Source: Cyanophora paradoxa CCMP329 (lineage: Eukaryota > Plantae > Glaucophyta). From it: a stretch of DNA of 60,917 bases. The DNA lies in NCBI GenBank assembly GCA_004431415.1, contig QPMI01000512.1, positions 1-60,917 of the forward strand. The letters are read 5' to 3'. Within the stretch, counting starts at the first letter, position 1. Each line of letters begins with the position of its first letter. Shown in pieces: positions 42,882 through 54,418 of the stretch. The notes under the pieces were generated by a model. The model was not told the DNA's origin and did no database searches. It saw only the letters and a program-made list of their open reading frames with translations. The translations under genes were made by a program, and so were the position numbers.

Positions 42882-44327
42882 ATGGCTTCCGCGCTCATCT
42901 CCGCCCCCACCACCGCCCTCGCGCAGTCGCTCCTGAGCTCGAACTCGTCCGTGCACGTGAACGACTCCTTCGACACCGCGACGCCCTTCGTGGACGAGGT
43001 GCTGGAGGTCAGCCCCGTCCAGAGCGGCATCAGCTTCGGTCAGACCCTCGATTTCATCATCCCGCACTCGGCGCCCCTCATCAACGATATTTGGCTCAAG
43101 GTTAAGCTGCCTGCGGTGGCCTCCGGCAAGATTTACCTCCCGAAGGCCGGCCTCATCCTGCTGAAGAAGGTGAAGGTTTTCGTGGGCACGCAGCTCGTCC
43201 ACGAGTACGAGGGCGCCTACGATGCCATCTACGACGAGCTCGAGCAGGATCGCTCCGTTCCGCACACGGTCAACCTGATCAACGAGTGCTGGGCGACGCA
43301 GGTTCTGCTGCGCCGCTCCCAGCGGGCGCAGGTGCTTCACATCCCGCTCCGCGTTCTCACCGGTTACGGTCGCAAGTTCGCCGTGCCCCTCTACAAGCTC
43401 CGCGGCTCGGGCAACGACCTCAAGATTCAGATCACGTACGCGAGCCACAAGGATGTTACGGCCACCTGGGTCACCACCGGTCTCCACACCGACAGTGGCC
43501 TGGCGGCGACCACCGACCTCGATTCGAAGCTCGTGCTGCGCTACACCCACGTGAGCCCGTACGAGCTCAGCCTCCACCCCAACAGCGTCACGTGGGCTGG
43601 CAAGTACATGCAGTCGTACAACGTGCGGTTCACGAGCGGCACGAGCTTCCGCCTGCCGTTCACTGGCGTCTGCTACGAGATGGTAATTGTCGTGCGCGAT
43701 GACGCCGCGACGGACAAGGGGTTCAATTTCTGGAAGTTCCGCCCCTTGAGCAAAATCGACCTCAAGTGCGACAACATCAAGGCGCTCGACAGCTCTGTTC
43801 ACGATGCGCATTTCCTGCGCACCGCCATCGCGAACCGCGAGCACCGCAACGTGCCCACGCGCAAGTACCTCGAGCTGCTGCAGGGCTTCGCCGACAACAC
43901 CGACGCCAACGGCGCAAAGGCCCTGGCGGAGGCGCCCGATTCGTCGTATGGTGCCAACGAGGTTTCCATTATTAATGCGCTGCGCAATGCCCTTCACCCG
44001 CACCCGTGGTCGGGCAACGACACCACTGTCACCGACCTCGACACCCAGGATTACAACAACAGCGACATCATGCCAGCGGTGCAGAACGGCGCGGCAACCG
44101 CCGCCTCCGCTCAGTACGGCACCGAATTCATCTACGCTATTCCCTTCGGCACCGAGGTGGCAGACGACACCAAGATGTTCGGCGGCCTCGACTTCGGCGC
44201 CTTCAAGACGATCGAGCTCACGCTCACCACGGCGAAGACGCTGACGACGCCGATCGCCGACATCTACTGCCGCTACTACAACGAGATCAGCTTCATCAAC
44301 GGCGGCGCCTACCGCCGCTTCCATTAG
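42882..44327 (+). CDS. Major capsid protein (NCLDV-type double jelly-roll)
   Basis: SFGQTLDFIIP...LINDIWLKVKLP, LKKVKVFVG, LHIPL, GGLDFG, YNEISFINGG; strong C-ending codon bias. Confidence 0.9.
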   Translation: MASALISAPTTALAQSLLSSNSSVHVNDSFDTATPFVDEVLEVSPVQSGISFGQTLDFIIPHSAPLINDIWLKVKLPAVASGKIYLPKAGLILLKKVKVFVGTQLVHEYEGAYDAIYDELEQDRSVPHTVNLINECWATQVLLRRSQRAQVLHIPLRVLTGYGRKFAVPLYKLRGSGNDLKIQITYASHKDVTATWVTTGLHTDSGLAATTDLDSKLVLRYTHVSPYELSLHPNSVTWAGKYMQSYNVRFTSGTSFRLPFTGVCYEMVIVVRDDAATDKGFNFWKFRPLSKIDLKCDNIKALDSSVHDAHFLRTAIANREHRNVPTRKYLELLQGFADNTDANGAKALAEAPDSSYGANEVSIINALRNALHPHPWSGNDTTVTDLDTQDYNNSDIMPAVQNGAATAASAQYGTEFIYAIPFGTEVADDTKMFGGLDFGAFKTIELTLTTAKTLTTPIADIYCRYYNEISFINGGAYRRFH

Positions 44328-44416
44328 ATTGCCAGCTAGCCAGAGTGTGAGGGGGCGAGCCTCGGCCGCCGATTTGAACCAATAAATTTTCCCACTGGGA
44401 TCCTAACCGAGGCACG

Positions 44417-45535
44417 ATGACGAAGGGCCATTCCATGATGGACATTGGGGAGGGCTCTAAGAAGCAGCGCCAGTCGCTGAAGAACGACCTGAAGGGCGAG
44501 GTGACGGGCATCATTGAGAAGTATGCGCCCGGCACGATCCTACCCGAGGTGCACGTCACAGATCCGGGCAAGGCGGACATCTACACGCCGGAGGATCAGG
44601 CGCGGGGCCTCGGGTTGACGGCCCTTCCCACGAAGACCCTGCCCGCGATGAAGTACACCCCGCAGATGGAGAAGCTGATGCGGATGGGCATTCGGCAGCA
44701 GCTGCAGAATGCCTATCCCAACCGCCAGATCAACGAAGAGGACGTCGAGAATGCGTTCGCGCTGCGGAAGGAAATCATGATTCGCGATTTCGACCAGTGG
44801 GCCATGACGGCCTTCGACCTGAAGCAGCCCGGCGTGGCTAAAATGCTCGAGGAATATTACCCCGAGCTGCTCGAGCGAATTACGAACATGATCGAGCAGG
44901 ATATCGAAATTCAGCGTTTCGATAAGTACCAGAAGGTTTTCTTCCCGATGAACTACGACGATCTCGTCATGAAGTGGGCACGCGAGCGCGGCTGGATCAA
45001 GACGATGGAAGAAATCGAGAAGGAGAACCTGCTGGGGCCCGCCGGGCGCTACGGCCCCGTCGATGCTGCCGGCAAGGGCGGCTTCCGCGCCGGCTACACG
45101 CCCGACCTCTCGCCCATGTTCAACGCGCAGACGGCGAACATCAGCAGCGAGCACAACAGGCCGTACGGACGGAACGACGTCGACTTCAGCAAGGGCAATC
45201 CCTTCGGAGCAATGCTCATGGACCAGCAAGGCACGCGGGGCCCTGCGCTGCCGACGGCATGGCCGTATGCGGACCAGAATCTGCTGCCGAGGGTGGTGAA
45301 CCCCAACAATCGCGTAGGGAAAGACTTTACAACCTCGGATCAGCGCGAAGCTCTCAACCAGGTGCGACAGGAGGGTACTGTCGCAGGGATGGAAACCGAC
45401 GATCAGTTCGACATCCAAAAGGCATTCCAAGCCATGGTCGTGGAGACTCAGGACAGACAGAAGAACATCCGACGGGAAACCAACGCACGCATGGCGGAAA
45501 TGTACCAAAAGGCGGCGGCATCCCTGGCCCGCTAA
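44417..45535 (+). CDS. Hypothetical protein downstream of MCP (probable virion protein)
   Basis: Intact 372-aa ORF. Confidence 0.7.
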   Translation: MTKGHSMMDIGEGSKKQRQSLKNDLKGEVTGIIEKYAPGTILPEVHVTDPGKADIYTPEDQARGLGLTALPTKTLPAMKYTPQMEKLMRMGIRQQLQNAYPNRQINEEDVENAFALRKEIMIRDFDQWAMTAFDLKQPGVAKMLEEYYPELLERITNMIEQDIEIQRFDKYQKVFFPMNYDDLVMKWARERGWIKTMEEIEKENLLGPAGRYGPVDAAGKGGFRAGYTPDLSPMFNAQTANISSEHNRPYGRNDVDFSKGNPFGAMLMDQQGTRGPALPTAWPYADQNLLPRVVNPNNRVGKDFTTSDQREALNQVRQEGTVAGMETDDQFDIQKAFQAMVVETQDRQKNIRRETNARMAEMYQKAAASLAR

Positions 45536-45557
45536 TTTCTAAAGCCCCCTTAGCGAC

Positions 45558-45887
45558 ATGGCAGCGACGGAGGCGACGCTGGGCGAGCAGATCGAGGCGC
45601 GCTGGGGCCGCTTCCTCGACCTGCTGGAGCCGGAGGCCAAGGAGCCGGGGGTGCGGGCGCAGATCCAGTCGCTGCGCGGCATAGGCGCCACGGCGGTCAT
45701 CGTTCTCTTTAGGAGGCACATCAACGCGGAGGCCGAATTAATTAAGGCGCGGGACGACGGAGTTTTCGAGAAGCTGCCGCAGGAGTACGCCTCGGCCGTG
45801 CGCTCGCTCTTCTACGGGAGCGGGCCCGAGCTGCGCGAGAAACTGTGGCTTTACATCGAGCTCTTCGTCGAGCTGACGTCGGAGTAA
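45558..45887 (+). CDS. Hypothetical helical protein
   Basis: 109 aa. Confidence 0.6.
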   Translation: MAATEATLGEQIEARWGRFLDLLEPEAKEPGVRAQIQSLRGIGATAVIVLFRRHINAEAELIKARDDGVFEKLPQEYASAVRSLFYGSGPELREKLWLYIELFVELTSE

Positions 45888-45922
45888 AAATCCGAGGAAA
45901 TTTCTAAGGGGCAAGCGTAACC

Positions 45923-46725
45923 ATGGACCCCTCGGCGATGCTGGGCTTCGACGCGCTGGCCGTGGACGGGCCGAACCCGGTGGGGATCCCGCAGCCTCGG
46001 AAGAAGGGCCGCCCCGCGAAGGAAGGCAAGGAAAAGGGCGAGAAGGCGCCGAAGGCCGACAAGACGTCGCTACCGGGCGACGGGCCCACGGTGCCGCCGA
46101 CGGCGCCGAGCAAGGGCGCGAGCTTCAGCGTGCAGGAGCACATCGAAATGACGAAGAAGAAGGAGCAGAGCGTGAAAAAGGCGCTGGGGATCGACCTGCA
46201 GGAGAGGCCGCGCGACGAGGCGCAGGTGGACGTGGACGAGAAGAAGCAGGTTCTGCGGCAGATCGCGCAGTACAGGCGCTCGTTCGGGGCGAGCTGACGT
46301 CCACGAAGAAGCTGAGCCTCGCCACGCCGCTGGACGAGCTGAAGGAAGAGTACGAGGAAATTCAGCGCGAGCTGAGCACGCGGGGTTCGCTGGAGGCGGC
46401 GCGCCTCTTTCTGATCGCGGGCATGCACTCGCTGGAGCACCTTAACAAAGCGTACGATCCGATCGGCCTGAAGTTAGACGGGCTCGGGCAGGCGACGCTC
46501 TCTTCCATGGACCAGGTGCAGCCGATCTTAGAGGAGCTGGTGATTAAGTACTCGCGCTACGTGACCCTGGGGCCCGAGGCGCGCCTGGGGATGGCCCTGG
46601 TGCAGACGGTGCTGGCGGTGCACGCGGCCAACGCGAACCCGGAGATGATGAAGGAGGTGACGGAGGCGGCGGCCTCGACGGCGGCGGAGCCCAGGGCGGT
46701 GGGCGGCAAGTTCAACGGCCTCTGA
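45923..46725 (+). CDS. NCLDV-conserved protein (DUF5767-like), frameshift near 46290
   Basis: GLKLDG...ILEELVIKY...GPEARLGMALV..VHAAN matches the DUF5767 pattern as recalled. Confidence 0.55.
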
Positions 46726-46766
46726 TTGTAAACGCTTGTAATCAATTGCACCAGAGAATTTACAAT

Positions 46767-47561
46767 TTATTCGTCTAAACTACTGCATGGGGTGGTGTAC
46801 ATAGACTCGGGGTTTAGGTAGGGCTCGAAATCGGCCTCGTTGTCGTAGGGCTTGAAGGCCAGCTCGGGCGTGCGGCCGGCGAAGCGAAAGGCGCCGACCT
46901 TGCACTGCTGCACGGCGAGGAAGGACCACTTGAGGCCGAACTTGCCCTCGGGGATGGCGTAGGCGGTGTCGATTTTAACGAGGGCCGCCACCAGGTCTCC
47001 GGTGCCGATGGTGGCGCGCTCGGTGATGAGGTAGTTGGACATGTCGACGACTGGGATCGTCTTGCGCTTGCCCGCCATCGTCTGCGTGCGGATGCGCATG
47101 TTGAGGTACTTGTAGAAGGCCTGGCCCGACTCCTTGTCGACCTTGATGCGCACGCTGGGCGTCTGCAGCACCGAGATCTGATCCTTGGAGAGGGCGCGCC
47201 CGGGCGAGACCTTGAGCTTGGCCTGGTTCTGCTGCACGAACTCGCAGAATTTCGCGTCCAGGGCCTCCAGCAGCTTGAGGAACTCGTCCGCGGCTGGGTT
47301 CGTCTGGCCGTCGACGGCGCTGAGATCGGTGAGGTCCAGCGTGTAAAATCCGCCGTTTTCTTCCATGACGAAGGCCTTCTTCTCGTCGCTCCACGCCTTG
47401 CCTTGCTCGGTGTTGATGCACGGGTTGATCGTGACCATGGGCGGCGCGTACATCATGAGGCCCTGCAGGCCGTCGTACTTGGCCTTGATGCGGCCGTTGG
47501 CATCGATTTCGAAGGCGAGCTTGGCGGGGTCGATCTCGGTGGCGTTGCGGACGGTGGCCAT
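46767..47561 (-). CDS. Single-stranded DNA-binding protein (NCLDV OB-fold, DUF2738-like)
   Basis: YTLDL...EFLKLLEALDAK, GDLVAALVKI..Y....KFGLKW....Q; acidic C-terminal tail. Confidence 0.75.
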   Translation of the reverse strand: MATVRNATEIDPAKLAFEIDANGRIKAKYDGLQGLMMYAPPMVTINPCINTEQGKAWSDEKKAFVMEENGGFYTLDLTDLSAVDGQTNPAADEFLKLLEALDAKFCEFVQQNQAKLKVSPGRALSKDQISVLQTPSVRIKVDKESGQAFYKYLNMRIRTQTMAGKRKTIPVVDMSNYLITERATIGTGDLVAALVKIDTAYAIPEGKFGLKWSFLAVQQCKVGAFRFAGRTPELAFKPYDNEADFEPYLNPESMYTTPCSSLDE

Positions 47562-47625
47562 GTTGTCTGAGCTTAGTGTGCGATCAGCCTAGCGCTAGAA
47601 AATATTTAAGGCCGCCCACCTGACT

Positions 47626-47964
47626 TCAGGCTGACCTCGGGTGAGCGCTCAGGTGATTCAGGTAAAACACGTGTTCAATTCGTCTCACTGGGGAGGGGAG
47701 AGCCTCAATCACGGCTACGCGAATATTCGAGAGTCTAAATCTGGCGCTGGGGCTGGCGACGGCGTACAGGGTGATCTCGTTCTTGGCGGGATTGAGCATG
47801 ATGTGCTGGAAGCAGTCGCCCTTGCGGCACTCCAGCGAGATGTTGCGCAGCAGCCTGCAGTAGTTGAAGCAGATCTCGCCGTTCTCGTCGAGATCCTCGT
47901 CCATGGCCTCGTACTCGAAGATGCCGAAGGTCAGGCAGCAGGTCTCGTACTTGGGGGCGCACAT
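47626..47964 (-). CDS. Hypothetical protein
   Basis: 112 aa. Confidence 0.5.
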   Translation of the reverse strand: MCAPKYETCCLTFGIFEYEAMDEDLDENGEICFNYCRLLRNISLECRKGDCFQHIMLNPAKNEITLYAVASPSARFRLSNIRVAVIEALPSPVRRIEHVFYLNHLSAHPRSA

Positions 47965-48070
47965 TCTTGATTTCTCTTGGCTGTGAAGTGTGAGCGAGGG
48001 CGCGGCGCGGCTGCGGTTTTGAGGCCGTTCAGGTGAGGGTCAGGTGAGCGCTCACCTGAAGAGGGGGGGG

Positions 48071-49509
48071 GAAGTGACGCGGACGCGAATACGTCATAGT
48101 CGAATACGTCATAGTCCAAAACCTGGACTCGGGACTCGGCCCAGGCCCCGCCGGTAAAAAAATAAGCTCGGACTTGGCGCCATTTTCTGAACCCCGGCTA
48201 GCTGCTTAATCCAGTACCATGGAGCCCGCCATCTCCCAGCTAGTCTCCCAGGGCGCCAAGCTCGACAAGGCCCTCAGTATCTACCTTCAGCTGATCGAGC
48301 TGGCCTGGCCGGAGCCAATGATAGCTCAGGCCTGCAAATCGCTCCACGTGGCGTTCGATGCGCCGTTCTCAGGTGACCCGACTCAGATGACATCCTGGAC
48401 CAAGGAGGAGATAAAAGCCGACTTCGAGGCGCTTTTCTCATTTATGAGCAAGAAGTATGCCGAAATCGAAGCAGCTAAAGCCGCAGCCGCAGCCGAAGAC
48501 GAAGGCGCAGAAGGCACCGAAGCCTCAGCCGAAGGCCCTGCCGGCGACGAAGGCACCGAAGTTCAAGGCGCTGGGCCCTCTGCAGAAGGCCAAGGCCAAG
48601 GCCGACCTGCTTCCGCGTAGGCCCAAGGACATAGCCAAGGAGGCCAGCAGCCACAGGCCCGACTGGCCGGCGCCGGCGCCCTACCGCTACCTCAAGCTGG
48701 ACAAGCGCAACGATACCGGCTTCACCAGGAGGAGGTGGCCTGAGCCCCTTCGGTGGCTGAAGCCAAGGGAGATCAAGTCTGGAGGCGGTATCGAGCTAGC
48801 GCTAGCGCTAGGAGGAGGCGGTGCAGACTTAGAGGAGCAGGCGCTGCTAGATACCATCAACTTGGGCAGGGTAGAGCTGAGCTAGCTAGCTGGTATCGAT
48901 ATCTAGCTAGCCTAGCGCTAGCCCAGTGCTTAATTAATTAACTGAAAGGTTGCGGAGGTTGCGGACGCGTCACAAATACGTCATAGTCGAATACGTCATA
49001 GTCCAAAACCTGGACTCGGGACTCGGCCCGGGCCCTGCCGGTAAAAAAAAGAGACTTGAACAAAAACACCGTACCCCGGTATTTAACTTGAAATCATCAT
49101 GACATCATGTTCAAGTTGCTATGACATTAACTACATTCAAAAGCAATGAATGCAATAGTGTAGTCAAGCGATCGCGAAAGGATAGCGATAGGATCGGGAT
49201 AGGATAGGTGACACGATAACGATAAGATAAGCTTGCAGATAACAGGGGTACAGTATTATTATTTGAAACTTGGCGAGAGTCTGGGCCCAGGTCCCAAGTC
49301 CAGGTTTTGGACTATGACGTATTCGACTATGACGTATTTGTGACGCGTCCGCAACCTCCGCAACCTTTCAATTGGACATTTGGACATTTGGACATTTGGA
49401 CATTTGGACATAACATGTACCCCCCTCCCCAGGGCCCGGGCCGAGTCCCGAGTCCAGGTTTTGGACTATGACGTATTCGACTATGACGTATTCGCGTCCG
49501 CGTCACTTC
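48071..49509. repeat. Nested inverted repeats with doubled 15-bp iterons AATACGTCATAGTC(G/C)
   Basis: Copies at about 48071-48160 (+), 48943-49050 (+), 49281-49370 (-) and 49431-49509 (-); (TTGGACAT)x5 at 49372-49411. Confidence 0.88.
48219..48620 (+). CDS. Hypothetical protein inside the outer inverted repeat
   Basis: 133 aa, upstream ATTTTC motif; overlapped by basic ORF 48457-48885. Confidence 0.55.
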   Translation: MEPAISQLVSQGAKLDKALSIYLQLIELAWPEPMIAQACKSLHVAFDAPFSGDPTQMTSWTKEEIKADFEALFSFMSKKYAEIEAAKAAAAAEDEGAEGTEASAEGPAGDEGTEVQGAGPSAEGQGQGRPASA

Positions 49510-50242
49510 TCCCCCATCCTACGTTCGCAGCCGCCGGGCACCTCCCACAATTTTCCGAGGTACCCAGCAAGCATGGACTTTACTGACTGCGCAGGTATCA
49601 AGCAGGAGCCCGAGGACCTTCTCTCCGCCGCCGCCGCCGCCTCCGCCCCAAGCAGCGCCGCCGCCGCGGGCCCAAGTCCCTTAGCTCCGAGCCCGAGATC
49701 CTGGCGACGCCGGCCCGCGAGCCAGAGACCGTGGACTTGACCCTGGAGGAGCCCGCGCGCGGCCCGCCGCGCCTTCTGATCCTGGCCGCCGCGGCCGCCG
49801 CGCTCTACTACGCCGCCCGGCGCCTGGGCCCGCAGCTCTCGGGCCTGGCCCGGAACCTTTTCTAAGTCTTGCCCAATGGAGGCCCTGCTAGATCTCATGG
49901 CCTTTGCGCTGCCGATCTTCTTCCTGGTGGGCCTCAGCCGCATGGAGCGCGAGGCGCGCCAGCCCGAGCGCGTCGAGCGCGGCCTCACCCCGAAGAGCAG
50001 CGCGGCCTCACCGAGTGGGACCTGGCGCTCATGGCCGGCCGCATGCTCAACGGCGATCGGCTCGAGGCGGGCCACCGCCTCAAGCTAGAGGACGGCGGCA
50101 CGGCCGTCTGGACGGGCGAGGCCTGGACGCACGACTCGACGGGCGAGCCGATGAAGCTGCTCGCCTCCGGCAACAAGTACTGGCGCGGCGACTCGATGGA
50201 GTACCGGCGCCCGTGATTTTCTAGCCCTTCTACCAGCAAAGA

Positions 50243-50428
50243 ATGGCTGACCCCTCGCCCGACCCGGCCGCAGGCGTCGAGAGCGCTGGCAGCTCGGACG
50301 AGTACTCGGAGCTCTCGGATCCGGATCCCGACGAGCCCTCCGACGCCTTCGCGACCGAGAACGAGCGCTCCCTCATGCGCATCTACGAGTCCCTGCGCGA
50401 AGCTATCTACTGGAGGACCCGCGCCTAG
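50243..50428 (+). CDS. Small acidic hypothetical protein
   Basis: 61 aa, upstream ATTTTC motif. Confidence 0.5.
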   Translation: MADPSPDPAAGVESAGSSDEYSELSDPDPDEPSDAFATENERSLMRIYESLREAIYWRTRA

Positions 50429-50962
50429 GGACCCTCATGAACTTCTCCAAGTTTGCCGAGTTCATGTTCGCTATGACCGTGCCCTTTACCCGAGTCGTGC
50501 TCTGGGATAGGAACAGGAACTGGTAGTATTGAGTACAGAGCCCTACGAGCTAGAGCTGCTATCGCCCGAGTCCAGGCGCGCCTTCTTGGCCTTGGAGCGG
50601 CGGAGGCGGGAGACGTACTGCAGGCGCAGGTTGCGCACGAGCAGCTCGCCGGCCGTGGTGCCCGGCAGCCCGGGAACCGCGTCCGTGGGCAGCAGCTGGC
50701 CCTCGCGTATCGCCTTGTACGTCTTGCGCTTGTTGAATGCAACCTTCTCCGTATCTTCCGTGCCGTCGTACTCGGACGTGGGAAGGAACTGCGAGGCGGT
50801 CTTGGGGACTTCTAGAACCAGCGCGCGCTTGGCCTTCTTGACGGAGACTGCGTTCGCGCGCTCCAGCTTGACGCCGGGCTCCAGGGGGGTAGCGGCGACT
50901 TCGTTCTCAGCGAAGGAGACACGGGGGGAAGAGCCGCCGCGGGCATGGTTCGCTCGCTTTAC

Positions 50963-51289
50963 CTAGCGTTTAGAAAATAGCGCGCGAGCCTCGAGCACCA
51001 GGAGACCCGCCACAACCGCTGCGGCGATGACCACGGCAACCTTGAGCCAGTGCCAGAAGCGCTCGGCCACGTCCGTGAGCGCGCGGCCCGCCTTGCCCGG
51101 TGCGGTGAGTGCGGAGCCCAGCGCGCCCGCCGCAATGTCCGCCCACGCGCCTCCGTCGCCGCGCAGCACGTTCTCGCGGTTCTTCATCTCGACTGTGGCG
51201 CCGATCGCGGCGTTGAGCTCACCGAACTGCAGCCGCGGCGCGCCCTTGGGCCCAAAGGTCTTGGTGAGCAGCGCGTCGAGCCAGCTCAT
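50963..51289 (-). CDS. Small protein with C-terminal TM helix
   Basis: WHWLKVAVVIAAAVVAGLLVL. Confidence 0.6.
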   Translation of the reverse strand: MSWLDALLTKTFGPKGAPRLQFGELNAAIGATVEMKNRENVLRGDGGAWADIAAGALGSALTAPGKAGRALTDVAERFWHWLKVAVVIAAAVVAGLLVLEARALFSKR

Positions 51290-54200
51290 CTCTACTAGCT
51301 AGCGCTTCGAAAATCTATCTAAATCGCGAAGCCGCGCAGGTACCAGACCATGAGGAGCGAGCCGCCGAGCGCCACGAGCAACGGCAGGTGCCCGTCGACC
51401 GCGCGCCGCGCCTCCCAGGCCCAGATCTCCTGGCGGCTCAGCTCGTTCGCGCCGTCGAAGTAAGCGCTGACGCCGTACTCGCGCGCGGGCGCAGGCTGCG
51501 ACCAGAGGCCGGCGCTCAGGCGCGGCGCCCCTCCCTCTGCTGCTGCGAGGCCAGCGCCGCCGTCGCCGCGTGCGCCGCCTCGCGCTGGCCCGGGGCGATC
51601 GCCACGAGGGGCAGGGGCCCGACGCCGCGGCCCTTGCCCGCAGCCTTAATCGACTTTAGCGCCGGCGGCGCCGGGTCCGCGCCCCTTATCTTAGGCCCCT
51701 CCGCCCGTCGCCCCGCCCCCGCCCTTGGCAGCCTCGCCGATCTTGCTGCAGCGCGAGTCCGATTTGAACACGTACACAACAGCTTCTCTACGGCGTTGGC
51801 ATGTTTAGACGTGTACAGACGATGAAGAAAATTTAAATGCAACGGACTCAAAGGACGTCGCAACTTTGAAAAGGGAAAGGGGGGAATGGAACTTTGAAAA
51901 GGGAGAGTTAACGCCCGCGGGGCGCATGCCGGCCGTCGCCATCGAGACGGAGCCGGGGGCGTAGAGGGTCTTGGCGGCGTAGCCGAAGCCCACGCCGATG
52001 ACGGCCGAGGCCGTGGGGTGCCGCCGAGGAGCCAGGTGAGGGTCGCGGCGAGGGCTCCTAGCGAGTAATGCGGGGATAGCTGTCAGCGAGGGCCATCGCG
52101 AGACCGATTGGAAGGGGTTGAGAAAAAATACCGCCTCGGGCCTCAGTGGTGGAGGTGCCGGAAGCGCGCGTTGTCTCGGCCTCCTCGCGCTCCGCCTGTC
52201 CTCCGCCGCGTCGATCTCCGCCGCGAGGCCTCCAGCGTCGCCCGCCGCGCGTAGGACTGCGGGACGGCCACGCGCCGGTAGGCTGGCGAGGTCTTCGACA
52301 GCCCCGCCGTCTCCGCCTCGAACGCCCGCCAGTCTCCGAGGCCTCCGCACCGGAGATCTGGCGGGCGCGGAATCCCGCCTCCAGCTCGGCGCGGAAGGCG
52401 AGGGTGCGCTGGAGGCGCTGGGCCCGAGGGCCTGGCGCCGCTCCTCCGCCTCGCGCGCCTGGCGCGCCGCCAGCGCCTGCCGCTCGGCCTCCTGCTGGGC
52501 CCCGAAGCCCTGGATCGCGGAGAGGACGCGGGCCGGGGCGCGCGTCGGGGCGGGGACGGGGGCGGGGCTGCGTCGGCGAGGGACGGGCTGGGCGCGCGTG
52601 GAGGGGCGACCGAGCGCTGCCGCGCTCGGGTCTCCTTGGATCAGGAGGGGGGCGAGGGGAGGGGGGTACAGGGAAGCGGGGGTACGCGGGGCCGGACCTG
52701 GCGCGGCAGCATCTCGTCGATGCGCTGCTGGCCGGGGCTGCTGGCGGCGTGCTGTGGCGTGCGAGGGGGGCGGGGGCGGGACGAAGGCGGGGCCGAGTTG
52801 CGGGTGCGCTTGCCCTGCCGCGGTGAGGCCTTGACGGGAAGGGCCGTTCTCCGGGTCCGCCGGCTCGAAGAACTGGATGGCCTGCAGCGCCGGCTGGCTC
52901 TCGCCGAGGGAGAGGGGGCCTTGGGGACGATGCCGCGGATGTAGGTCTGCCAGATGCCGCCGGCCTGTAGGAGAAGAGGCGCACTGGGGCCGAAGGCGGC
53001 GATGGTCTCGTCCAGCCGCCGTTCTCGATGTCGGCGGCGAGGGCGGCGGAGGCGTCCGGGCCCTCGGTGCGCGAGACGTACTCGCAGATGCCCGCCACGC
53101 TCGTCATGCCGCCCTCCGTCTCCGAGCCGACGAGGTAGGTGGTGGGGTCGACGACGCAGTGGGTGATGATGAAGCGGGTGAGGGGGCAGGCGGCCGTCTC
53201 CTGCCAGAAGGCGAGGCGCTTCTCCCGCAGCCACACCGGCTCGAAGGCCTGGATGCAGGAGGCCTGGCGGCCACCTGCGGCGCGGGCGACGTTAGCGCGT
53301 ACGACGTCGGGACGGGCGGGGAAGGTGCGCGGCTTCGAATCCAGCGGCTCCCCGCGAAGCTGCCTGCGGCCCAGTGAGCGTGCTGCGAGCGGGAGGTGGG
53401 AGGGATTGGGCGGGCGGGCCTGCGTCCAGCGCTGAAACGTAGCTCCACTGATGCTATCCGCGATGCGCGTAGCCCGCGACTGGCCGCGGACAAGGGAGGG
53501 CTTAGCTAGGACAAGAACGGGTGTGGGGCGCGGGGCTGGAGGCGCGGGAGGCGAGCCGGAGCCGCCGAATCGATGCGCGGGCTTGAGAACGAGATCTAGA
53601 AGCGTGCGCAAGTCGCCGCGAACGTCGGCTCGAGTTGCGGAAGGCGCGGCGGCCAATCTCGGCACCTGCTCAGAGACCAAATGTCAGCGGACGCGGGCGA
53701 ATCGAGCGCGAGGTTGCGGGGCATGTTCTAGGTGCTAAATGCAAGGGATAGAGCGGCAAGAGAGCGAGCTGGCACCTGCGGGATGCGGCGGAGTGCTCCG
53801 GCTCGGGCGCCATCGAGCTTTCGAAGGTCCGCGGCCGGCGCGAGCGACCCTGCGCGTGGCGGCGTGAGTGCGGCGTCGAGAGAGCTTTCCAGCGCCCAAA
53901 ATCTGAGGTCCGGAGCTAGCCGTGGTGCGGAGAAAGAGGTTGCGAAGTGAGGCGCACCTCCGAATCGAAAGGAGCGAGGCGGCGGCTCTCCGGGCTGAGC
54001 GGAATGCAAGCTAGTGCCTCTGGCAAGTGCTGCAAGGAGCGCTGGGCCCGGGCGCTGCGAGATGCGCTGCCCGGGCGCTTTTTTTCGGGTTGGGGTACTG
54101 TGTTTTGAGTCGAAACACGTGGAGCAACCGCGTGAGCCCAAAACTTTCTGAGCTTAGGAGCAAAGGCGGTCGAGCGCTCGGCCGCGCAAGCTAGCTCCGG

Positions 54201-54418
54201 CGCGCTCTGCCTTCTCTCTACACGTGTCGCATTCACGTGCGCTCAAAACTTTCTAAGCTTCGGTCAAGCAAGGGGCTAGCGCTTCCGAAGTTCTACGCGC
54301 GCGCCTCCCCGTCCGCCGGGCCGACGGTCTGCGCGTCACATCGTCCGCTGCGCCAAGAAGGAGAGATCAAGACGGTGTCAACCGGGTCTAGTTGAGCGCT
54401 TAAGGTCGGACCAAAGCC

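Noticed and set aside
42864-44324. 486-aa minus-strand ORF, and other long antisense ORFs such as 35039-36004, 44540-45508 and 40316-41302
   Set aside because: Shadow ORFs opposite well-supported genes, caused by high GC3 codon bias.
51388-54236. Long Arg/Pro/Ala-rich ORFs (for example 52058-53680)
   Set aside because: Very GC-rich low-complexity translations with no recognisable motif. A frameshifted minus-strand gene may exist around 52100-53300 but cannot be defined.
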